Shown in pieces: positions 30,701-40,789 of a DNA stretch of 64,000 nt. Every line of letters starts with the position of its first letter. Within the stretch, counting starts at the first letter, position 1. Below the pieces are notes generated by a model. That model did no database searches. It was not told the DNA's origin and saw nothing but the letters and a program-made list of their open reading frames with translations. A program made the translations under genes and the position numbers. The stretch comes from Nitrosopumilus sp. GTDB lineage: Archaea > Thermoproteota > Nitrososphaeria > Nitrososphaerales > Nitrosopumilaceae. The DNA lies in assembly GCA_965218695.1 (NCBI GenBank), contig OZ244651.1:1792001-1856000 (forward strand), read 5' to 3'.

Positions 30701-31213
30701 TCTTTGGAGAAATGCGGTAAAGTCATACCTGCAAAACGCAAACTGTATCCACGCGAACCTGCCCTGCTGGATCGTGCTTGCCAAGTTTGACATCATCCAG
30801 GGCGGCGCATCGTCCTGCCTGAAGAGGGACGCGTAGTGGCCGTGGTACACCCCGACATCAAAGAATTTGTATGGCGTTCTGCGGTCAAACCATTCCGGCG
30901 TGTTGTCTTTTAGTGCGGCGTACTGTGCCCCGGGATACATGTTGCTAAACGCCTTCTGGTATAGGGCAAGGTCGCCGGGCACGGCTGCAATCACCATCAT
31001 CAGTTCCTTGCGCTCCCCGTCCCACCACATCTCAAAGGAGCGCACCGCCTCGGAGAACAGTTTTGGCGCGTAGTGCATTACCCTCTCCCTGTCCGACTCC
31101 AGCTGGACTGACACGGTGGCTGCCACGTGTTTGGAGTATTCCCCGATAAACCTCTTGGCATCGCCCAGCATTCCCTTCTGCTTTCTCAGGTTATAGAGGT
31201 GCCAGCGGTTCAT
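27758..31213 (-). CDS. Large VirD4/TraD/HerA-like P-loop ATPase with possible C-terminal HTH and PD-(D/E)xK-like domain
   Basis: HMYLPGGTGSGKS, FDPKGD, INPLE, LDEFQ and ARSKGLGLILAHQ motifs; C-terminal TDLVAYD...IELES. Confidence 0.85.
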   Translation of the reverse strand: MNRWHLYNLRKQKGMLGDAKRFIGEYSKHVAATVSVQLESDRERVMHYAPKLFSEAVRSFEMWWDGERKELMMVIAAVPGDLALYQKAFSNMYPGAQYAALKDNTPEWFDRRTPYKFFDVGVYHGHYASLFRQDDAPPWMMSNLASTIQQGRFAWIQFAFCRYDFTAFLQRHLQGINGFHADIRTNKPPGSSFLDGLMPDVSGGNKTDAPPTAHPESGGEFHNNFSALQHDAIEKARGPHGIVSVRGLIDAGTTSDINVADAISFGEIRSNHDFLTPYTYPASRFFSHDMDKAEQQKTKWQSLLALAGFQFDGIRIGREKTKRQRIEIYQSRAIPDPREKMNRVVGRYASKGMIGGYRPRQSPPFNIVLQSEMPSFVHLPDSSTPNLRVTRYNVLPSQQLDKRGFSIGRLSQQDSFDGAEYYARFGREHVSSDIDAVTVSPADFARHMYLPGGTGSGKSSVIRVIAKHLEMTNIYASLPREVPVSEIRGGARTRKMLSGLDRAKTLADQDVGWPNAFIYFDPKGDDSEMFIRQCEKITVERNLVHYMDPSRTNFSINPLELPPYDRDKEGARDELVALYVGYFFEMIKGWYGNSEAFVRMNRIMRNLLEYIYLNNDKPTFIDLYDLILKIQERKKKYLQVMYRSLGRPSEELNAALKSIAAMDARSFEPVLNRLDIFAVSAKMKHMFCQRRSTALFSEMIKPGHYTVVRFSESDIPMNVINLVMQTFVLKLWFEILHRSSTTPLGERTQVVLALDEFQKMKGISVLETMISQARSKGLGLILAHQSLKQLDESDLSSITTNFGIQMAGHLEGNDAQRLASAWDPKYVNDIKNMIATQPVYRWTARIAPKPGGEQPLPVQFWTHFDPESGQACRPNMTREEWNGFVASERERYGTRDGDTHPLVDVRLEERNRWMENMDAEFLSRERWHLLLLLLRKGPLNLKEVTSRYNPTGASVAGTTPRDTVSCLLREMVHDGLLAPRTGRLDPYAVAEETRKEYFGFDCGAVGTAQDIPELFEKAVAHYLDRGCFVAVASQRIHEAVDKTDLVAYDYSTDTPISIELESGSECVSHLEHVRYNMTKWPKLGFKECHVWSFSEDIRKGHGALDEELKRGVKIFVVRPDPNTQETNVPGAAAAKEGQQQQDTGSQSAGPR

Positions 31214-31890
31214 TGCCCATCCTCTTCCTCCTCCCTTTCCTCCTCAAACACCGCATCCGGGTGCGTCTCCGGCGGGCAGCAACAACTTTGGACTGCGCGT
31301 CGGCGTCGACGTGTGGCCTGCCGTAGCATCTGGAAACCGGTTTGCTGGCATGTGAGACAGGACTGTCCCACTTAAAAGGGGCAGAATTGCGAGCAAAAGA
31401 ATCGGATTCTCCTGTCCAGATGTCTGCCTGAACCGGTACGAAACCGGAGATGCTACCAGACTTTGCACTTGGCCGGGCTTGCCAAGGTCGGCATACATCC
31501 TGAATCTCTGCCAAGCTGTCTGCATGGCACAACCGAGCCGGTGGCGCAATCATCCAAACCGGAAGGGATGTACAGCGACAACATGACATTTTTAGGTACT
31601 ACCGTGCCTGCAAAGCCGTCTCACGTCATTCCAGATGTGAGTGTTTTCCCCGGAAGATAGCATCATGTAGGAATCACAAATCAACAGGATTCCCGAACGG
31701 ATCTGCCGGCACGCCCGTCAGGTGCCCCTTGCAGGCAAATCATTGACGGCATCAGCGTATCTGCATGCCTTCCCGATATCCAGCATCATCCGGACATCAC
31801 CACTCAAGCGGATTCTTGGTCTATTCGACACGAACGGCTCGGTTATGGCTTCGAATAGACATGAGGATTTACCAGCACACTACGGATAAT

Positions 31891-33125
31891 GGCGTTGTCC
31901 ACCTTTTGATAATCCTGCTCTATTTCACACTATTTTTGGTTCATTTTGGCATCCCAAACCTGGACTCTGAAGGGGTTTCTGGTGTCGGCAGGCTTGCGGT
32001 TGGTCGTTTTTGAGCCGTTTTCATCTAGTGGTGCATGGCATCCGCTGGAACCGGAAACCGGCATTCTGCCCCTACCGGGACCCCTATGCTATCAGGTTGT
32101 AGCAGATGCTTCGCAGGATTATCTGGAGTCTCTGCATGGGAAACGTCTTTGCGGCCACGACGGAACCGAACCTCTCCTTCATGGATGAGAACACGGACTC
32201 GACAAGACTGCGCTGGTGGTACACCTTCTCGAACCCTTCCCGATCCCGCCTGAACCAGCGGAGCATCTCTGCCCTGGGATTGAAGCCCTTTGCGGTGTGG
32301 TTCTTGCGGGGCCAGATCACCGGTTTTCTGCCGCTGTCGTAGATCATCTTGCAGTTTGCGTGCGCGTCATACGCCGAATCCAGCATGACGTGCCCGTCGC
32401 CGTCTGGCGTGCGGGCAAACATCTTCCGGAATATCGGCGAGTCGTGGGCAAGTCCGGGCGTCACCATGCATGCGGCGATCCTTCCGTGCGGGGCTACCAG
32501 TATGTGCAGCTTGACGAACTGACGCCTGGGTATGATGCCCTTCTTGGCATCCTCCCAGTCGGCGTAGATGTTGATGGAAAATCCGCTTGCGTCCCCAAGG
32601 AGCGGACCGTGAGCGTCACTCCCTGCCTGTCCCAGGATCACTTCCATCAGAATCTTCTGCTTTTCTGCCAGCCTCTTGGCTGCCGCATGCAGGCACGATT
32701 TGGACGGAACGGCTTTTAAGCCGCAGACGTGCAGTGAACCTGGGTTTGCCTCGAGGTACGAGACGTGTTCCCGGTACGAGTTGCCGCGAAACTCCTTGTC
32801 CATGAGGCAGATCAAGTAGGAGATCATGCGCCGGTCCTTGTCGGACTTGGGCTTGCAGATCTCGTACAGGATGGTGGTAAGGGCGAGGATTCCGATTGAC
32901 ACTCGTTTCCCCTCCCCACTCCTTCGCATCTCGTATTTTTTGCTGTAGCCTTTCGGGCGCACCCATTTCTTCTTGTCTTCCTTGTCTCTGTTCTTTGCTT
33001 TCCTCTTTTTTCTATTGGAATTCATTAATTGTGGGCAGGATCGGTGATCCAAAACTTTTCGGATGTCTGACGCTAATGATCTTTAAGCGTAACGCTGCTT
33101 TTTTGAGGAAGATGTGGACAACGCC
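31891..33125 (-). mobile_element. IS5-family element (DDE_Tnp_1 type)
   Basis: TIR GGCGTTGTCCAC / GTGGACAACGCC; 10-bp flanking duplication TACGGATAAT (31881-31890 and 33126-33135). Confidence 0.92.
32084..33025 (-). CDS. IS5-family transposase
   Basis: DASGF, VKLH, HDSP, DSAYD and YHQRSLVESVFS motifs. Confidence 0.9.
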   Translation of the reverse strand: MNSNRKKRKAKNRDKEDKKKWVRPKGYSKKYEMRRSGEGKRVSIGILALTTILYEICKPKSDKDRRMISYLICLMDKEFRGNSYREHVSYLEANPGSLHVCGLKAVPSKSCLHAAAKRLAEKQKILMEVILGQAGSDAHGPLLGDASGFSINIYADWEDAKKGIIPRRQFVKLHILVAPHGRIAACMVTPGLAHDSPIFRKMFARTPDGDGHVMLDSAYDAHANCKMIYDSGRKPVIWPRKNHTAKGFNPRAEMLRWFRRDREGFEKVYHQRSLVESVFSSMKERFGSVVAAKTFPMQRLQIILRSICYNLIA

Positions 33126-33870
33126 TACGGATAATGCTACTATTAAATATGATGACGTGTCAACCCTGTGGTATTATGAAGAAAACCGCATGGTATTTGA
33201 TTCGGGATGATAAAAAATATAGGCAGTCTTTAAATGACTTCCTAATAAAGGTGAACTAAAAATTTGGAAGATTTTCCAAAGCCTAATGGCATCTTTGTAA
33301 AAACAGACAAGAGACTCGATTCATTTGTTCCAAATCTTTTACCGCCCGAATTGGATTTGACCAAACTGATGGTGTATGCCAATGAGGCAAGTCATCTGAT
33401 TGGAACGTTAAACGGGTTTGGCAGACACCTCCAAAACCCGCATTTGCTGATAAGACCGCAATTGATGAAAGAGGCTGTGCAGAGTTCTAAAATAGAGGGC
33501 TCTCAAGTTTCACTGTCTGATCTTTACCGTTATGAGATAGGAATCCGAGATAAACAAGACGGCGTCATGGATTCAGAAGAGGTCAGTAACTATGTGGATG
33601 CGCTTGAAGTTTCCCTAGAAAAAGTGGGAGACGGCGCAGTTTTGAATCTGGAACTAATCAATGAATGCCACAAAATACTGTTACGCGGAGTCAGAGGCAA
33701 CTACACGAACATAGGAAAACTACGTGAACAGCAAAATTTTATCGGCAGAACTTCAAGGATTGAGGAGGCAAGATACATTCCCCCGGTTCCCTCAAAGGTT
33801 CCCGAACTGATGGAAAACCTGATTAGTTTTATGGATTCGCCCCCACATAATATCTCCCCATTACTACAAT

Positions 33871-35417
33871 AGAAGCCATGCGTAATCCCTCCATTTCGTT
33901 GGGTTAAACCAGAAAAACCAGAAAATATTAAAAATTCTAATTTAATTATCGCCATGTTAGCCATGTGGGGATCCTGTCCTGCCAGAAATACAAAATAACG
34001 TGCGCAACCTTGCAGCACCACGATGTGCACGGAATTAATTGTTTGAAACGGCGCTGCCGGGGACGTTTGCCTCTTCCCAGTTTATTACCGGCCCCAGCGT
34101 GCTACCTGAAGGAGGTCCTTTCTTCATCTGGTTCCACAGGAGGTCCAGGTTTACGAGTCCGGTTATTATGTTAAATTCTCTGTTAAAGTCGCCAATCTTT
34201 CCCTTGTATGGCGCGGTAAGCCGGCCGTACCGCTTCAGCCTGCCGATGGAGTGCTCCACCTTTACCCGGGCGGAATTGATTTTGTGGTTGTGCTCCTTTT
34301 CCTCCTTTGTAAAGCGCTTGTGGTTCTTGGTCTTCTTGTGCGGCTGCAGGGTGTTTGTTCCGGGCAGATCCTTTGCGATTCCCTTGTAGCCGCGGTCAGT
34401 AAGGGTGTGGACCCTGTCCTCTTCGGGGGTGTCCTCGTCGCACATGCGGTCCCACCATTTTCCAAACGGCAGCGGGCTCTCCCTGAGCAGCGTAATGTCG
34501 TGGACGGATCCCACGGTGCTGCCGGATATGGCAACTATCACCCCGTTTTCATTTATGCAGACTGTGGTGTTGAGCGTGAATTTCTTCTTCTTGCCCGAAT
34601 ACATCATGCTCCTCATCTGTTTTTCGTCCGGCCTCTGTATGGGGCAGTGCGTGCCGTCGATCATCATGATGCCCCCGTCAGGCCCGGAAATTATTTTTTT
34701 GAGATCCTCTTTTGTCTCCGTGTCCTCTATCTCCTTTGAGATGTTGGCAGCGGTGGGCAGCACCGCCTCAAGCACCCCGTCTAGTACATCGATATACCGG
34801 GACACGGTCGCCTGGTCTATTCCAAAGAATGCCGCAAGCGCGCCCTGCGTGGGGTTGCCCTTTTTGTACATCAGTGACATGAGTAGCGCGTGCCTTGGGT
34901 ACAGCTTGCAGCGGTTCCCGGGATCCGACGCCCTCGTCTCGTCGTTCCTGAAGAGCGGGGATTTGCCGCTTTGTCTTATCCATGCCTCGGCCCTGTCAAG
35001 TATGTACTGGAATTGCCCCCTGCCCTTCAGCGTCGCGTCATGAAGCTTCTTCCCGACGCCGATGACGTCGTCAAACACCTCCACGCGGTGCAGCAGGGCG
35101 GGCTCCCCTGCGGCTCCGGACTCGGAGCCGTCCCGCGTGCTCCACAGGCTTTGCTCGTGCTTGGCGGCTGCCTCCAAGCGCTTGATGTCAGCGTCCTGGC
35201 GCTTGATGTCAGCGTCCTGGCGCTTGATGTCAGCGTCCTGGCGCTTGATCATGTCTCTGAGAGCCTTGTTCTCTTTTTGCAGGTCACTTGTTTTCTGTTC
35301 CGACAACAGTATGAACCGGCATATTCTGGTTTTAATTGGATGGATCATAAATTTTTGACAGCAGGGCTAACATGTCAGCGCGGAGTTTGAAAAAGTTCCG
35401 GATTACGCATATTTTCT
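33871..35417 (-). mobile_element. IS5 (ISL2-type) element, copy A
   Basis: TIRs AGAAGCCATGCGTAATCC / GGATTACGCATATTTTCT; TSD AAT. Confidence 0.93.
34035..35348 (-). CDS. IS5/ISL2-type transposase
   Basis: DDE_Tnp_4 motifs; N-terminal (IKRQDAD)x3 21-bp repeat. Confidence 0.93.
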   Translation of the reverse strand: MIHPIKTRICRFILLSEQKTSDLQKENKALRDMIKRQDADIKRQDADIKRQDADIKRLEAAAKHEQSLWSTRDGSESGAAGEPALLHRVEVFDDVIGVGKKLHDATLKGRGQFQYILDRAEAWIRQSGKSPLFRNDETRASDPGNRCKLYPRHALLMSLMYKKGNPTQGALAAFFGIDQATVSRYIDVLDGVLEAVLPTAANISKEIEDTETKEDLKKIISGPDGGIMMIDGTHCPIQRPDEKQMRSMMYSGKKKKFTLNTTVCINENGVIVAISGSTVGSVHDITLLRESPLPFGKWWDRMCDEDTPEEDRVHTLTDRGYKGIAKDLPGTNTLQPHKKTKNHKRFTKEEKEHNHKINSARVKVEHSIGRLKRYGRLTAPYKGKIGDFNREFNIITGLVNLDLLWNQMKKGPPSGSTLGPVINWEEANVPGSAVSNN

Positions 35418-36276
35418 AATGTGCCATCGTTCACTACCAGTTCGAATCAATTCACCCATATGAAGATGGCAATGGTCGAATAGGAAGGTTGCTGATACCG
35501 CTGATGCTGGCAGACAGGAAATTGCTAAGTGTCCCGTTACTTTATCTGAGTGGATACATCGAACAACACAAGGAGCAATACTATGACTTGCTGATGAATG
35601 TAAGTACTAAAAGCCAATGGGTCGAATGGATTAAGTTTTTCCTGTCGGCTGTCATTCACCAAGCGCGGTATTCCATAGATCTAATTGAAAAATTAAACGC
35701 ATTACGCGATGAGTATCGGGAGAAAACTAATGTTAAACGAATCTCGGGCACGGTAATCAAAATAGTGGATATGCTGTTTGAGAGTCCAATCATAACAAGA
35801 AGACGTGTTGCAGATGAATTTGGGGTAAGCGAATTGGCTGCAAGAAATGGAATAAACAAACTGGTGGATTTAGGAATTTTGAAAGATGTGGGAATAATAA
35901 AGACCAAAAAAGTCTACATTGCCGAAGAGATTTACCGGATGATAAACTTCTGATGTGCCCGAATGGCCCAATGTATACCACCGAAACAAAAATCGAGAAC
36001 ATGATAGTCATAGATGGGTTGTATTTGCTGAATATGGGTTTGAACGACAGGGCAGCAAAGCAGATTTTGAGAAGATGTACTACGACGGATACATGGGGCC
36101 GGGGCGCAATCATCCAAACCTGAAGAGATCCGGCAGTATCATTGTGCTGTCTTTTTTTGGTTCCCAGAATGCCGTATCGTAAGGTCAGGACGGCAGTCAT
36201 ATGCCTGTTGGAAACTGCCCGGGCATGCACCGTGACAACACAGGATGCGGTCTGCCAAGATGCAGCCCCGCAAGAC

Positions 36277-37629
36277 TCATGCCCCCAGATTGTCGTTTAT
36301 CCTGTCGAGCTTTTGCAGGTTCCTTTCAGAACCGATATCGCGCCTGTACTCCAGCTTGCCCTGCAGACACGTGTCTATGGCCCTGTCCACCAGGGATGAT
36401 GCCCCGGGGATCGTCTCGGATACGGCACAGAACGCGACTGCGCGTGATTTTTTGAGCGTCTTGTACCTGTGATCACCCGTCCTCACGCATGAGGCAAAGA
36501 ACGTCTTCACTCCCAGGCCGGCTATGGCCTTCTCGTCAAGGGTGAAATGGATCTCGCTGCTGCTTGCATCCGGATACTCCTTGGCCACCATATACTTGAC
36601 TACGCTTGCCATTCCGTCAAAGGACACCTCATCCTCGGAGAGTGTCTGGTTCCACACATGCACCAGCAGTTCAGAGAAGGATCCCTTGAGAACGCTGAGT
36701 ATGTTGAGTACCTCTGGATCACCAAAGCGCCCGTTAAACTCCATGAATCTGATGCCGTTCTTCGTCTTGAAGAAGCCGCCGTTGAGAACGCCGATGAACG
36801 GGTGGTTCTGCGATCCCATCTCGTCGATAATGGTCTGCATGATGTAACGGCAGTCGTCCAGATCCTTCCCGCTCATGAATGGCAGCCTTTTTTCCGAGTT
36901 GGTAAAGCAGCCCATGCCGCCTGTTCCTGCACCCCGGTCATCGTCATACCGGAACGGGTAGTCGTAACTGGCAGGGCAGGCCACAAGGGTTCTGCCGTCG
37001 GTAATCCCCATGATGGTAAACTCTATCCCCTCCAGTCTCTCCACTAGCAGGACCTCTTCGCTGCTGTTCCTCTCAAGTAGAAGGCAGGCGTAGCCTGCGC
37101 AGTCCCGGTAGGTAGGCAGGTGCTCTGGCATCACCTTGACGCCCTTGCCGCCTGTAAGGCCCTGGGGCTTTACCACCACGTCAACCCCCTTGGACTTGAA
37201 TTCAGATAGGGCCGCCTCGACCTCCTCTGCACTCGAGACGATCCTGTGGAACGGCGTAAACTCCGGACATACCTTCTGCATCACCCCAATGGAGTAGACC
37301 TTGTCCCATTCGATGCGTGTTGCAGCCCTTGTCCCGCCTATCGCCTTAAAGCCGTTCTCCAACAGCACATCAACGACGCCGTTGGCCAGGGGCTGGTCGG
37401 CGTTGACAAAGGTATAGTCGATGCCGTGCTCTCTTGCAAATCCCAGAACAGTCTGCGGGTCGTTGGCATCGCCAATCGCATATTCCCCGCCGGACCGCTC
37501 CACGCAGTCCACGATTGACGGGTTCTTGTGAGACATTACGGCATAAAGTTGCGTGTCTTCCATGAGACGCATGGCAAAGATGCCCTCGCGCCCGCCGCTC
37601 CCAACAATGAGGAATTTTTTCCTGTTCAC
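36277..37629 (-). CDS. purD: Phosphoribosylamine--glycine ligase
   Basis: GSGGRE, GGKGV, TGGMG and EFNGRFGDPE motifs. Confidence 0.95.
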   Translation of the reverse strand: MNRKKFLIVGSGGREGIFAMRLMEDTQLYAVMSHKNPSIVDCVERSGGEYAIGDANDPQTVLGFAREHGIDYTFVNADQPLANGVVDVLLENGFKAIGGTRAATRIEWDKVYSIGVMQKVCPEFTPFHRIVSSAEEVEAALSEFKSKGVDVVVKPQGLTGGKGVKVMPEHLPTYRDCAGYACLLLERNSSEEVLLVERLEGIEFTIMGITDGRTLVACPASYDYPFRYDDDRGAGTGGMGCFTNSEKRLPFMSGKDLDDCRYIMQTIIDEMGSQNHPFIGVLNGGFFKTKNGIRFMEFNGRFGDPEVLNILSVLKGSFSELLVHVWNQTLSEDEVSFDGMASVVKYMVAKEYPDASSSEIHFTLDEKAIAGLGVKTFFASCVRTGDHRYKTLKKSRAVAFCAVSETIPGASSLVDRAIDTCLQGKLEYRRDIGSERNLQKLDRINDNLGA

Positions 37630-37738
37630 AATGCGGGGTTGAGCGTCAGATTAAAAAAAGATTCGGACTTGCGTCTGCATGTGTGTGTGTGGACACACGC
37701 ATGGAACAGGCCGTCCGGAGAACGGCTCCAAAGTGATT

Positions 37739-37951
37739 CTAGGCGTGTTTATCACCCAGGCTGGCTATCAAGTCTGTCTGTATTGATGCCATCTCCGGCA
37801 GCGACGCAATAAAGTCGATTGAGCCGCCCGTGATGTCAATCCCGAACATGAAGCGTAACATGCCGTCGACCAGAATCGTCCCGATTACAGCCCCGCCAAT
37901 ATAGAACAATAATGAATGTCTTCTTTTAGGCTCCTCGTACCCCTCGGACAT
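37739..37951 (-). CDS. Small membrane protein
   Basis: Single TM helix; TATA-like sequence upstream. Confidence 0.55.
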   Translation of the reverse strand: MSEGYEEPKRRHSLLFYIGGAVIGTILVDGMLRFMFGIDITGGSIDFIASLPEMASIQTDLIASLGDKHA

Positions 37952-38116
37952 GGTATCAGGTGACTCGATACAATAAAAGGGCAGATTTCAGTAGAATGGC
38001 TCCCCCAGGGGGGCGGTTCGGCTATAGGGATGACTTCTCGTGGGGGACTCTTCCATGGGATGGCCCGGCAGTATGCCGGTATCCCCGTACATGCATGCGG
38101 GCCGGGTTTTGTGATT

Positions 38117-38677
38117 CTAGACGGAACTTCCATACAGATGCCGGTTCCACCTCTCCCTGGCCTGCGGAAGCTCTGCAAGAAGCCACTGGTACCACTTTAC
38201 AAACTCCCTGGTCTCGTCTTGAATGTACTCTTCAATCTCTGCGTATCTGCCGGTGCCATACCAGTTCGGCACCGACGTGCCGCTCTGCCTCTTGCCGGTA
38301 ATCTTGTCAAGGCCCGAGTCCCTGAACTCGCCGCGGTTCATCATGATTCCGACGCTGTGCAGATCCACACACGGATGCGACAGCACGTCTATCTCCGGCA
38401 GCCCGTGCATCCGGGACTTTGCAAGCAGGAACCTGTGCTCAAACCCCAGGTTGTAGCCGACGGGGATAAAGTCAAACTTGTACATGTTGGTTATGGGGGT
38501 GCCATAAACAAGCTGGGAGAGCATTCCTCTCTCCCCGAGTTCCCACTCCTTGAGTATGGACAGCTCGCCGACGGGCCTTCCCGTTCCGCGCTCCAGCTCC
38601 TGATACTGGATGGTAATGATGCTGCTGTTGCCCGGATCCAGACCTGTAGTCTCTATGTCCAGATAATAATTGGCCAT
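38117..38677 (-). CDS. RNase H-like / DEDD exonuclease-fold protein (YprB-like)
   Basis: YLDIETTGLD, VGYN and EIEEYIQDE motifs. Confidence 0.85.
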   Translation of the reverse strand: MANYYLDIETTGLDPGNSSIITIQYQELERGTGRPVGELSILKEWELGERGMLSQLVYGTPITNMYKFDFIPVGYNLGFEHRFLLAKSRMHGLPEIDVLSHPCVDLHSVGIMMNRGEFRDSGLDKITGKRQSGTSVPNWYGTGRYAEIEEYIQDETREFVKWYQWLLAELPQARERWNRHLYGSSV

Positions 38678-38791
38678 ACCGGGGTTGGCTCTATCATGTT
38701 TAAATACGAATTGGCCTCTCCTCCTCCCGCATGACCACACACTAGGAAGTCACGTATGGCGGTTCAGGCAGAACCCAGGACGAGACACCTA

Positions 38792-39424
38792 TTACCAGGA
38801 CTGGTCAAACCGGGCCGGATCCACCAGGTTGAGCCCGGATACCAGAAACTTCCCGTCACTCTCCCGAAAGACGTTGAGGGATCCGTTTGCTATTATCAGC
38901 TCAAAGAGGTTCTCAGGGGAGAGGCTGAGCGTGCTTGAGAGCATCGCCTTTATGGGGTCCATGTGGGTTACCAGCACCACGTTTTTGTCCGGATGTGCCT
39001 TCGTGACATGGCTGACCATCTCCTGTACGCGCTTTTTGACCTGCGCAAATGTCTCCACCCCGTTGTGCGCAATCTCCAGCTCCCCGTTGTAAAACTTTAG
39101 GAACACGTTACCGTGATTCTCGTATATCGCATTGTACCCCATTCCGGTAAACTTGCCCATGTCAAGCTCAGTCAGGTGCTCGTCAATGGTGACATCGACG
39201 GAGTTTGCATGTCCCACGATTCTGGCAGTGTCACTTGCCCTCTGAATCGGGCTGGAATACACCGCAGATATCTTCATGTCGCCCAGCAGTTCTGCTGCAT
39301 GCTCTGCCTGCCTTGTTCCCTCATCAGTCAGCGGGAATCCCGGCGTCCTTCCTGCCAGAATCTTCTCCACGTTGTTTTTTGCCTGGCCGTGCCGCAGGAA
39401 GATGATATTTCCCAACCTGTCCAA
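38792..39424 (-). CDS. Histidine phosphatase (phosphoglycerate mutase family)
   Basis: LRHGQ, SSPIQRA and VTH motifs. Confidence 0.93.
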   Translation of the reverse strand: MDRLGNIIFLRHGQAKNNVEKILAGRTPGFPLTDEGTRQAEHAAELLGDMKISAVYSSPIQRASDTARIVGHANSVDVTIDEHLTELDMGKFTGMGYNAIYENHGNVFLKFYNGELEIAHNGVETFAQVKKRVQEMVSHVTKAHPDKNVVLVTHMDPIKAMLSSTLSLSPENLFELIIANGSLNVFRESDGKFLVSGLNLVDPARFDQSW

Positions 39425-39465
39425 GATTCAAATAGAGCTAATAATAACATTATCAGAGAATCATC

Positions 39466-40137
39466 ATGAAGGTAGGCATTATTGGCGGGACCGGCGGAAT
39501 GGGCAAGGGATTTGCCCTGAGATGGTCACAGAACCACGATGTCATTGTCGGCTCAAGGGATGCTGCACGGGCATCTGATGCCGCTGCAGAGTATACAAAA
39601 TTGGCAACAGAGGCGTATGGCCGAATAAATGGGACCATCACCGGAAACGACAACGTCTCAGTTGCCAGGGAGAGTGACGTGCTTATCCTGTCAATCCAGT
39701 ATGAGAATATCGACTCGACGTGCTCTGTAATACTGCCTGAAACAAGGGAGGACTGCGTGGTGGTATCCCCGATAGTTCCAATGACAAAGACCGATGTGGG
39801 ATTCGAGTTCATTCCAATCAAGGAGGGCAAGCCGTTCTCGTACCAGATGGTCTCAAAGCACATCAGGGATCCTTCAATGCTCGTCTCTGCGTTTCACGTG
39901 ATATCAGAAAAAAAGCTTGCAAACCCCAAGCTGGTGCTTGACTATGACATATTTGTCTGCGGGGACGGCAAGGAGGCGGTGAATACTGTCAACTCCCTGA
40001 TAGGCGAGATCGAGGGGCTCAGGCCGATCTATCTGGGGCCAGGGGAACTTTCATACATGGCAGAGATTTCCACGCCGCTGCTCCTCAACGCAATGATACG
40101 CAACAAGATAAGAAACCCCGGCATCAAGATCGTCTGA
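39466..40137 (+). CDS. npdG: NADPH-dependent F420 reductase
   Basis: GGTGGMGKG..GSR, SAFH and TPLL motifs. Confidence 0.9.
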   Translation: MKVGIIGGTGGMGKGFALRWSQNHDVIVGSRDAARASDAAAEYTKLATEAYGRINGTITGNDNVSVARESDVLILSIQYENIDSTCSVILPETREDCVVVSPIVPMTKTDVGFEFIPIKEGKPFSYQMVSKHIRDPSMLVSAFHVISEKKLANPKLVLDYDIFVCGDGKEAVNTVNSLIGEIEGLRPIYLGPGELSYMAEISTPLLLNAMIRNKIRNPGIKIV

Positions 40138-40143
40138 ACGGAA

Positions 40144-40772
<629 letters not shown>

Positions 40773-40789
<17 letters not shown>

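Larger units (their letters stand above)
33264..35953 (+). pseudogene. Fic-family protein (Fic_N + Fic + wHTH), interrupted by an IS
   Basis: EAVQSSKIEG; after IS removal reads [27 protein letters not shown] in frame. Confidence 0.92.
31543..36120. repeat. 18-bp exact direct repeat (31543-31560 and 36103-36120) bracketing the IS5-fic cassette
   Basis: GGCGCAATCATCCAAACC in both copies, followed by GGAAGGGAT / TGAAGAGAT. Confidence 0.75.

Noticed and set aside
35955-36182. 75-aa ORF after fic as an antitoxin
   Set aside because: No supporting motif, and it runs across the direct repeat; probably a fragment.
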